Shown piece by piece: positions 56,677 through 64,000 of a stretch of 64,000 bases of DNA. The notes under the pieces were generated by a model, which did no database searches, had not been told where the DNA came from, and saw nothing but the letters and a program-made list of their open reading frames with translations. Origin of the DNA: Chthoniobacteraceae bacterium. GTDB lineage: Bacteria > Verrucomicrobiota > Verrucomicrobiia > Chthoniobacterales > Chthoniobacteraceae. The stretch covers positions 29,766 through 93,765 of the forward strand of contig JANNXQ010000273.1 in the NCBI GenBank assembly GCA_031409655.1. Reading direction: 5' to 3'. Made by a program: the position numbers and the translations under genes. Every line of letters starts with the position of its first letter. Position 1 is the first letter of the stretch.

Positions 56677-58959
56677 ATGAACGCCCGCGCTCCCCGGAGT
56701 CGCGCCGCCCGCGCGTTCCTCGCCATCGTTACAGCTCTTTTCGGCGGATCGCTTTTTGCCGTCGATTCGCTGCCGCTCGCGGCAACGGAGCCGCTCGTGA
56801 CGGAAGGCGATCTCTCCGCGCAGATGGTCGCCGGGATCGACCGCGCGCTCGACCGCTTCACGACTGGGGCTGTCGCGCGGAGAGCGGAGCACTGGTCCGC
56901 CCTGCGGAGTGACCCGGAAACGCGGACCAAGTTTCTCGACGCCAAGCGCGCGGCGCTCCGCACGATCCTCGGTGCCACGGATGAGCGGCTGAACGGCACC
57001 TTTGAGATCATCACCACGCCTGATGCCGCAACGCTTTCGGTCGCCAAGCCTCCGCTCACCATCGAGCGCGTGCGCTGGCCGGTCTTCGATGACGTGCAGG
57101 GCGAAGGCCTGCTCCTGCGTCCGCCCGGGCCGATCCGCGCCGCGGTCATTGCGATCCCCGATGCGGACGCCGCAGCCTTCGAGCTGATCGACTTTCCCAT
57201 CGCCCAGCGCCTCGCCCGCGCCGGCTGCACCGTGCTCGTGCCGGTGATCGCGAACCGCAGCGACCGCTGGTCCGGCAGCGAGCGCCTCAACCGCTTCACG
57301 AATCAGCCGCATCGCGAATGGATCTATCGGCAGGCTTTCGAGATGGGCCGCACGCTCATCGGCTACGAAGTGCAGAAGATGCAGGCCGGCCTGGATGCGC
57401 TGCGGACGCTGGCCCCGGAGGCGCGGCTCGGCGTCTTCGGCTACGGCGAAGGTGGACTGCTCGCGCTTTACACGGCGGCGCTCGACGACCGCGTCGCGGC
57501 CACGGTGGTGAGCGGCTACTTCGGTCCGCGCGAAGCGCTCTGGCAGGAGCCGATCTACCGCAATCTTTTCGGCCTCTTGCGCGAGTTCGGGGACGCCGAG
57601 ATCGCCGCGCTCATCACGCCGCGGAAACTGCTCATCGAGGCCTGCGCCGCACCCGCTGTCTCCGGACCGCCCGCGCCCCGCGAACGCCGCGCCGGGGCCG
57701 CTCCCGGTCGCATCGTCACGCCCACCTCCGAGGCCGTTCGCGCCGAGGTGAGGCGCGCTAATCTCCTGCTCGGTGGACTGCCGATCATCGCGCTTTTCCC
57801 GAAAGCCGACGCCCGACCCGGCGACGAGGCCGGTGACGTCTTCATCGCTGACCTCGGCCTCACGCAGCCCGCCAGCGCAGCGCCCTTGGAAATTCACGCG
57901 AGCTTCGCCTCGCCCGTCGATATCCAGCGTCGCACGGTCCGCGAACTCGAAGAGCACACGCAGCGGCTCCTGCGTGAATCCGAGTCCGTCCGCGGCGCCG
58001 CACTCTGGTCGCGTTTGAAACCCGGCGCGGATTTCACCGCCGCACAAAACCAGGTGCGCGCAGCACTTTGGGAAAATGTGATCGGCAAACTTCCCACCGA
58101 TTACCTTCCGCCGAATCCCCGCACCCGTCCCCTGCCCCCGAATCCCAAGTGGACCGGTTACGAAGTGACGCTCGATGTGCTGCCCGAAGTCTTCGCCTGG
58201 GGCTGGCTGCTCCTGCCGAAAGACCTGAAACCCGGCGAGCGCCGGCCCGTGGTCGTCTGCCAGCACGGCCTCGAAGGTCTGCCCGAGGATGTCGTCACCG
58301 AAGACACGAAGAGCCGCGCATTCGGCTTCTACAAAGGCTTTGCCACGCAGCTCGCCGCGCGCGGCTTCATCGTCTATGCGCCGCACAATCCCTATCGCGG
58401 CAAGGACGCCTTCCGCCTCCTCCAGCGAAAGGCGAACCCGCTCGGCCTTTCGCTCTTCTCCTTCATTATCGCCCAGCACGATGTCACCACGCGCTGGCTC
58501 GCCACGCTGCCTTTCGTCGATCCCGAGCGCATCGGTTTCTACGGCCTGAGCTATGGCGGAAAAACCGCGATGCGCGTGCCGGCGATCCTCGACCGCTACT
58601 GCCTCTCGATCTGCTCCGGCGATTTCAATGAATGGATCGGCAAGGTCGTGAGCCCCGCCTGGCAGAACAACTATCCCTTCACCCCCGAATGGGAGATGCC
58701 GGAATGGAACATGGGCCACGTGGCGGGCTACGCGGAGATGGCGCTGCTCATCGCGCCGCGCCCTTTCATGGTGGAGCGCGGTCACGACGACGGCGTGGGG
58801 CTCGACCAGTGGATCGGCTACGAGTGGGCGAAAGTCCGGCGCGGCTACGACAAACTCGGCGTGCCCGACCGCGCCGAGATCGAGTGGTTCGACGGGCCGC
58901 ATACGATCCACGGCACCGGGACTTTCCGCTTTCTCCACCGCCATCTCGGGTGGCGGTGA
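56677..58959 (+). CDS. Secreted tandem alpha/beta-hydrolase (dienelactone hydrolase/acetyl esterase-like)
   Basis: Two hydrolase modules with elbows GYGEGG and GLSYGG; CQHGLEG, IAPRPF, GPH. Confidence 0.8.
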   Translation: MNARAPRSRAARAFLAIVTALFGGSLFAVDSLPLAATEPLVTEGDLSAQMVAGIDRALDRFTTGAVARRAEHWSALRSDPETRTKFLDAKRAALRTILGATDERLNGTFEIITTPDAATLSVAKPPLTIERVRWPVFDDVQGEGLLLRPPGPIRAAVIAIPDADAAAFELIDFPIAQRLARAGCTVLVPVIANRSDRWSGSERLNRFTNQPHREWIYRQAFEMGRTLIGYEVQKMQAGLDALRTLAPEARLGVFGYGEGGLLALYTAALDDRVAATVVSGYFGPREALWQEPIYRNLFGLLREFGDAEIAALITPRKLLIEACAAPAVSGPPAPRERRAGAAPGRIVTPTSEAVRAEVRRANLLLGGLPIIALFPKADARPGDEAGDVFIADLGLTQPASAAPLEIHASFASPVDIQRRTVRELEEHTQRLLRESESVRGAALWSRLKPGADFTAAQNQVRAALWENVIGKLPTDYLPPNPRTRPLPPNPKWTGYEVTLDVLPEVFAWGWLLLPKDLKPGERRPVVVCQHGLEGLPEDVVTEDTKSRAFGFYKGFATQLAARGFIVYAPHNPYRGKDAFRLLQRKANPLGLSLFSFIIAQHDVTTRWLATLPFVDPERIGFYGLSYGGKTAMRVPAILDRYCLSICSGDFNEWIGKVVSPAWQNNYPFTPEWEMPEWNMGHVAGYAEMALLIAPRPFMVERGHDDGVGLDQWIGYEWAKVRRGYDKLGVPDRAEIEWFDGPHTIHGTGTFRFLHRHLGWR

Positions 58960-58963
58960 GGGA

Positions 58964-59028
58964 AGGAGTCAGGGGGCAGGGGTCAGAGTCGAGCGAAGCC
59001 GCCCGACTGGCCTGACTCCTGACTCCTC
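58964..59028. repeat. Palindrome with tandem-heptamer arms (GGAGTCA-like)n ... (CCTGACT)n
   Basis: AGGAGTC AGGGGGC AGGGGTC AGAGTC ... GACTGG CCTGACT CCTGACT CCT; intergenic. Confidence 0.7.
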
Positions 59029-59089
59029 CCCCCCCCTGCGGGAAAAGAAGATTGACGCCTTCGGAGCGCGTCCGCTTCGGTGGCGCGCC

Positions 59090-60769
59090 ATGAGCGTCCT
59101 CCCGCTGAAAGACTTCCTGACCGACTTCGGATATCACCCGTTGTTTTGGCCCTTCGCGCTCTTCGTTCCCTTTTTCCTCATCTTCCTCGGCGTGTCGCGG
59201 CTGGCGCCAAAGTGCCGCACCATCGCGCTCAGCCGCTACCTGGCCGCCGCCGTGGCGCTGGCTTTCCTCGGAGCTCTGGGCGCCGCAGCCTGGGCAAATC
59301 TCCGCTCGGAAGCCTTCCCCGATCACGTCCAGCCGAGCGTCGCGGCCATCTCGGCGCTCTTTTGGAAAGGCCAGCCAGTCTATCAAAATTTCGCCACCCC
59401 CGAGCGCTACAGCCTCGTTTACGGTCCCCTGCTCTACGCCATCGTCGGCACCTTTCAGGGTCTGCTCGGTCCCACCGTTTTCGCCACCAAACTGCCTGGC
59501 ACGCTCGCCGCCTTTGGCGCCCTGCTCTGCACCTTCCTCGCCATCGCCCGCACCACGGACCGGCTCACCGCCTTCTCTTTCACGGGCTTGATGGCGGCCA
59601 TGATGCTGCATTCCTACCACCTCGCGTTCAGCGCACGCAGCGATCCCTTCATCATGCTGGTCGTCGCCATCGGCCTGCTCGCGGCGACTTACGAACGCTC
59701 CCGCACCGCCGTCGTCCTCGGCCTTTGCGTCGGCGTCGCGGTGAATCTCAAGCTGCACTCCCTCGCCTATTTCCTCCCGATCTTTGCCATCGCCTGGAAA
59801 CAAAACTGGAGCCGCCGCTCGCGGATCGGCGCCTGCATCGCTGCGCTGATCGTCATCATCCTGCCCTTCCTCATTTTCCCGCAGGTCTCCGCCGTGAACT
59901 ACGCCGGCCTCCTCAAAGTCGCGGCCAAACACGGCTTCGGTCCGGATGAATATCGCGGCAATATCGAGTGGTGCGTGGCCCTCGCTTTCCCCGCACTTTT
60001 TGCGATGGGGATCATGATGATCCGCCTCGAAGAGTTCACCCCGCGCTTTCTCCGCGGCGAGTCCGTGTATCTCGCCGCGTTCTTTGTGGGGTTCCTGCTC
60101 ATCCTCATTCCCGCCTCGAAGCTCGGCGCCGGCCGGCATCACTTCCTCCCCTTCATCCCGCTGGCGCTGCTCTTCGCCGCACGCGTCTCGGTGATCTCGA
60201 TCAAGACTTACCGCTTCCAAAGCGCGGGCCCGGCGCTCGCCGCGGCGCTCGGCTGTTCCTGGATCGCCTGTTGTTCCATCTCCACGTTTCGCTCCGCGAT
60301 CTTCGTTTACAAAACGACCCGCAGCGAGGACGCCGAGGCCCGGCAATGTCTCGCCGACCTCCTCCGCGCACGCTCCGAACACGCCGACGCCACGCTGCTC
60401 GTCATGCCCAGCGGCGACGACAGTTACAAACACACCTTCGGTCGTTTCCGCCTCATCTTCGAAGGCACCCCGATCGGCATCGACCCTTGTGCCCTCATGG
60501 ACTTCGTGCGTGGAGACGCTGCGGAAGTGGACCTGCTGGCGCTCACCCGCACGACCATGAAACGCCTCGGCAAACCCGTGCTCTTCATCCTGCCAAAAGA
60601 CGGCGAGCCCTTCTCGATGCGCACCTTCTATCCACCCGGTGGCCCGTTATTTCAGGACAAGCTGAGGACCGATTTCAACCGCACCTTCTGGCGCGTGGGA
60701 TCGACGGAATTTTTCGACCTCTATCAGCCTCGCACCAGCGTGCTCGAGGGCGCGACCGGCGCCAGGTAG
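59090..60769 (+). CDS. Polytopic membrane protein, GT-C glycosyltransferase-like
   Basis: About 11 TM helices; YGPLLY, ARSD, NLK; soluble C-terminal domain. Confidence 0.65.
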   Translation: MSVLPLKDFLTDFGYHPLFWPFALFVPFFLIFLGVSRLAPKCRTIALSRYLAAAVALAFLGALGAAAWANLRSEAFPDHVQPSVAAISALFWKGQPVYQNFATPERYSLVYGPLLYAIVGTFQGLLGPTVFATKLPGTLAAFGALLCTFLAIARTTDRLTAFSFTGLMAAMMLHSYHLAFSARSDPFIMLVVAIGLLAATYERSRTAVVLGLCVGVAVNLKLHSLAYFLPIFAIAWKQNWSRRSRIGACIAALIVIILPFLIFPQVSAVNYAGLLKVAAKHGFGPDEYRGNIEWCVALAFPALFAMGIMMIRLEEFTPRFLRGESVYLAAFFVGFLLILIPASKLGAGRHHFLPFIPLALLFAARVSVISIKTYRFQSAGPALAAALGCSWIACCSISTFRSAIFVYKTTRSEDAEARQCLADLLRARSEHADATLLVMPSGDDSYKHTFGRFRLIFEGTPIGIDPCALMDFVRGDAAEVDLLALTRTTMKRLGKPVLFILPKDGEPFSMRTFYPPGGPLFQDKLRTDFNRTFWRVGSTEFFDLYQPRTSVLEGATGAR

Positions 60770-60805
60770 TCGATCAGATCTCGAGCGACGGCAGCCAGTT
60801 GGGGG

Positions 60806-60836
60806 AAAGCGGCGCGAGGACGCGCCGCACTCCAAA
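60806..60836. repeat. REP-like short palindrome between convergent genes
   Basis: AAA-GCGGCGCG-AGGA-CGCGCCGC-ACTCCAAA: GC-rich hairpin with a GGAG(T) foot on the minus strand. Confidence 0.55.
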
Positions 60837-60940
60837 GCGGCTGCGCCGCGAAACGAGACGCACGGTTTTTTTTGCGCGAAGCGCTTTATCCCAGCGATCG
60901 CCTTTCCGAGACCTTTCCGTGCAGACGACGACCCGCCCTC

Positions 60941-62845
60941 TCACCCCGCGAACTGCATTTCCGCCAGCCGCCGGTAGGTGCCGCCTTCACGGTGCATGAG
61001 CTCCTCGTGCGTGCCGCTTTCGGCCACGCTTCCCTGCTCGATCACGTAGATCCGATCCGCTTCACGCACGGTCGCGAGCCGGTGGGCGACGATGAAAGCG
61101 GTGCGTCCACGGAGCAGCTCCGCGAGGGCCTGCTGGATGAGCGCTTCGCTCTCGCTGTCGAGCGAACTCGTGGCCTCATCGAGCAGCAGGATGGCGGGAT
61201 CTTTCAGCAGCGCCCGCGCGATGGCGATCCGCTGGCGCTGGCCGCCGGAGAGCTTCACGCCACGCTCGCCGACCAGCGTGTCATAGCGCTCCGGAAAGCG
61301 CTCAATGAACTCCGCACACTGCGCACGCTCCGCCGCTTCGATGATCTCCGCGTCCGTCGCCGAAGGCCGCCCATAGCCGATATTGTCACGGATGCTGCCG
61401 CCGTAGAGTAGCACCTCCTGCGGCACGATGGCCATGTTCCCGCGCACCGCCGCGAGATCGAGCGTCCGCGCGTCGTGGCCATCGAGCAGGATGCGCCCGG
61501 AGTCCGGCTCGTAGAAGCGCAAGAGCAGCGAGACGATCGTCGATTTTCCCGCTCCGCTCGGGCCGACGAGCGCGATGCGTTCGCCGGCTTTCGCTTCGAG
61601 AGAGACTTCGCGCAGCACCGGCAAATCCGGTCGCGAAGGATAGCGAAACGAAACTCCCTCCATGGTCACCGCTCCGACGAGACGCGCCCCGCGGCGTTCG
61701 ATGTTCGATGTTCGATGTTCAGCGTTCGATGTTGTTTCCGTTCCTTCGCCGTCCGTGTCTCCAGGAGGAGACGAAACATCGAACGTCGAACATCGAACAT
61801 CGAACATCGAACTTCCTTCTTCTTCCTCTTCCATCAGCTCCCGCACGCGCTCATTCGCGCCGAGGGTTTTTTGCAATTGGCTAAACACTTCAGCAAAGGA
61901 CGACACCGCGCCGCCGACGAAGATCGTGTAGAGCGTGAAACGCGTGAGCTGGCCGTGTGAAAGCTCGCCGGCCTGCATCAGCCGCGCACCATACCAGAGC
62001 ACGAGGATGATGGAGCCGAAGATGCCCGCGATGATGAAGGAGATGAGCCCGGCCCGGCGTCGCGACGTGCGGAGGATGGTCTGCAAGTATGCGTCGAGAC
62101 CGGAAGCGTAGCGGCGCTCCTCGAAGCGTTCGTTGCAGAAAGCCTTCACATTCGCGATGCCCTGGAAGGTCTCCTCGACCACCGTGGCGCTCTCGGCGAG
62201 TCGATCCTGCGCTTCGCGCGAAAGCTTTCGCACTTTTCTCCCAAAGAACACCGCGACGAGCATGAGCACTGGGAAGGAGCAGATCATGACCAGCGAAAGT
62301 CGCAGCGACGTGAAGGCGATCATCCCCACGCCGCCGATGAGCATCATCGCCTGCCGGAGCGCTTGCGGGATGGTGCCGGCGAGCGTGTCGCTGAGCAGCG
62401 CGAGATCATTGGAGAGCCGGCTGGCGAGTTCGCCCACGCGGTGCTCGCCGTGAAACTTCATCGGCAGCGAGAGCAGGCGCGCATAGAGATCGCGACGCAC
62501 TTTCACCACGGCGCTCTCGCCCACTTTATTGAAGGAGTAGGAGTAGAAAAAGGTGAGCGCGGATTGGATCACGAGCGTCGCGGCGAGCGTGAGCGCCACG
62601 GTGTCCACGGTCGGCTTCCAGCCATCGCTCGGGGCGGTCGCCGAGGGCAGCGCCGCATCTACCAGATGCCCGACAAGGAAGGGAAACGCGAGGCCGAAGG
62701 CCATCGAGACGAGCAGCGCCGCCATGGCCAGCAGGAAGCGCCCGCGATACGGCCGCACGTAGGCGAAGAGCGCGGGCAGTTCGCGGAGCACAGGGCGATT
62801 TGCAGTCGGGTCGGCATCGGACATCGGCTCGGAGGAAGGTTCCAT
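60941..62845 (-). CDS. ABC exporter (TMD + NBD fusion, MsbA-like)
   Basis: Six TM helices; GPSGAGKS, VPQE, LSGGQRQR, LLDEATSSLD, VAHRL. Real start at 62845 or 62824. Confidence 0.95.
   Translation of the reverse strand: MEPSSEPMSDADPTANRPVLRELPALFAYVRPYRGRFLLAMAALLVSMAFGLAFPFLVGHLVDAALPSATAPSDGWKPTVDTVALTLAATLVIQSALTFFYSYSFNKVGESAVVKVRRDLYARLLSLPMKFHGEHRVGELASRLSNDLALLSDTLAGTIPQALRQAMMLIGGVGMIAFTSLRLSLVMICSFPVLMLVAVFFGRKVRKLSREAQDRLAESATVVEETFQGIANVKAFCNERFEERRYASGLDAYLQTILRTSRRRAGLISFIIAGIFGSIILVLWYGARLMQAGELSHGQLTRFTLYTIFVGGAVSSFAEVFSQLQKTLGANERVRELMEEEEEGSSMFDVRCSTFDVSSPPGDTDGEGTETTSNAEHRTSNIERRGARLVGAVTMEGVSFRYPSRPDLPVLREVSLEAKAGERIALVGPSGAGKSTIVSLLLRFYEPDSGRILLDGHDARTLDLAAVRGNMAIVPQEVLLYGGSIRDNIGYGRPSATDAEIIEAAERAQCAEFIERFPERYDTLVGERGVKLSGGQRQRIAIARALLKDPAILLLDEATSSLDSESEALIQQALAELLRGRTAFIVAHRLATVREADRIYVIEQGSVAESGTHEELMHREGGTYRRLAEMQFAG
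61696..61812. repeat. Heptamer-arm palindrome (GTTCGAT)n ... (ATCGAAC)n lying in frame within the ABC exporter
   Basis: Five heptamers per arm around an inner hairpin GTCTCC-AGGA-GGAGAC; 117 bp = 39 codons. Confidence 0.92.
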
Positions 62846-63765
62846 CAACGCTCTCTGTTCGACTGCGACTGATCCTTGAGACGCATCCGGATCTCGTGCT
62901 GCGCCGCGGCGATACAGCCTCCGAGGATGATGATCGAACCGGAAAGATAGATCCACATGAGCAGTGCAACGACGCTGCCGAAGGTGCCGTAGAGCGCGTT
63001 GAAGTTGCCGATATTTTTTGCGTAGAGGATGAAAAGGCGCTGGAGCAAATCGAGCCCGCCCGTGGCGAAAAGCGCAGCCACCCAGACTTCGCGGAAGGTC
63101 GTCCTCCGGCGCGGCGCGAATTTGTAAAACATCAGGAAGCCGTAGAAGAGCACGCACGGCGGGACGAGGAAGCGGATGAAGTTGAACCAATGCTTCACGG
63201 CGTCGAATTCGAGCCCGACCTCCGACGAGTGCAGCCAGTAATAGTACTCCACCTGGTTCACCACCGTGGGCGCGACGGTACCGAGGAGCAGCGCGCTGGC
63301 GAGGATCGCCGTCATGAAGAGGTTTTTGATCGGCAGATGCCACCACGCGATTTCCTTCGTGCCCCAGGCGCGATTCACGCCGCGGACGAGCGCCTGAAAA
63401 AAGCGCAGCGCGCTCCAGGCCAGCACGATCAACGCGATGAAACCCGCACTGCGCCGCGAGCGCACCACGCCATTCACGACCTTTGAGATATTCGACGCGG
63501 CGTCCCCTTCCACACCCGGGATGTAGTGCTGGATCTGCGCGGTGATCTGGGTCGCGGCGATCTCCCGACTGCCGAAAAACGTGGTGCCGACGGTGATGAG
63601 CAGCACGATCAGCGGGAAGAGGGCGAAGAAGGCGTAGTAGGCAAATGAAGCGGACCGCTGCTCGCCGTCGGTCTCGTCGTATTTGATAAGCGCCCGCCAG
63701 ACCACCGCCCCCGCCGTCCTCCACCTCGACGGAGGCACGGTGGCGGGCGTGGGCGGTTCATTCAT
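62845..63765 (-). CDS. YihY/BrkB family inner membrane protein
   Basis: SASFAYYAFFALFP, GVNRAW, YKFAP, YGTFGSVVALLMWIYLS. Confidence 0.93.
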   Translation of the reverse strand: MNEPPTPATVPPSRWRTAGAVVWRALIKYDETDGEQRSASFAYYAFFALFPLIVLLITVGTTFFGSREIAATQITAQIQHYIPGVEGDAASNISKVVNGVVRSRRSAGFIALIVLAWSALRFFQALVRGVNRAWGTKEIAWWHLPIKNLFMTAILASALLLGTVAPTVVNQVEYYYWLHSSEVGLEFDAVKHWFNFIRFLVPPCVLFYGFLMFYKFAPRRRTTFREVWVAALFATGGLDLLQRLFILYAKNIGNFNALYGTFGSVVALLMWIYLSGSIIILGGCIAAAQHEIRMRLKDQSQSNRER

Positions 63766-64000
63766 CGGGCCGGAGTGTAGGGACTGCCCCCAGCGCTGCC
63801 AACCCCCCTCCGCGCAGCACTCTTCCTCTTAATCTTCCTCCTCATCCTCCCCAACCACGAGTGACGGGCAGGACGAGAACCCTAACAGCCTGTTGAAAAA
63901 CGCATCCTCGGTGGATGGCGTCGCTCCGCGCGCCATGCCAAACTCCGGCCGCAGGCCCATCTTTCAGAGTGGCGCTGCGCGCGAAGCGAGTCATGGCGCG

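Noticed and set aside
14017..60433. Numerous long antisense ORFs (e.g. 14017-15537, 16306-18666, 39809-41488, 47089-48855, 52285-54150, 56623-58944, 58766-60433)
   Set aside because: Expected stop-poor mirror frames of real genes in high-GC DNA; no recognisable motifs.
62846..63724. N-terminal extension of the 927-aa ABC ORF
   Set aside because: Alternate frame of the YihY gene; the transporter begins at 62845/62824.

Overview
GC-rich bacterial chromosomal segment. Gene content (two DUF1549/DUF1553 + DUF1501 pairs, secreted cyclophilins, short ParC) suggests the PVC superphylum, probably Verrucomicrobia; this is an inference. Most of the window is housekeeping or envelope genes: parC, aat, guaA, tRNA-Pro(CGG), cobB, ExbB/ExbD/TonB-like, rapA, Anbu-type protease, trpF, a secretin, NfeD/flotillin, kdsD, zwf, opcA, smpB, rpoZ, the rpmH-rnpA-yidD-yidC-jag operon, an ABC exporter and YihY. 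The most unusual part is a ~6.6 kb accessory block between zwf and opcA. It holds a lower-GC orphan gene; an unknown helical protein preceded by a clean sigma-54 (-24/-12) motif and a degenerate ~42-bp-period tandem array of ~7 units; a nested palindromic REP/MITE-like element; and a metallophosphoesterase-NACHT-pentapeptide-WD40 NLR-like protein whose near-identical WD40 repeats vary at specific positions. A second theme is a set of palindromes whose arms are tandem heptamers of different sequence. One lies in frame inside an ABC transporter gene and one between rpmH and rnpA. All product calls come from motif recognition by eye; no database search was run.
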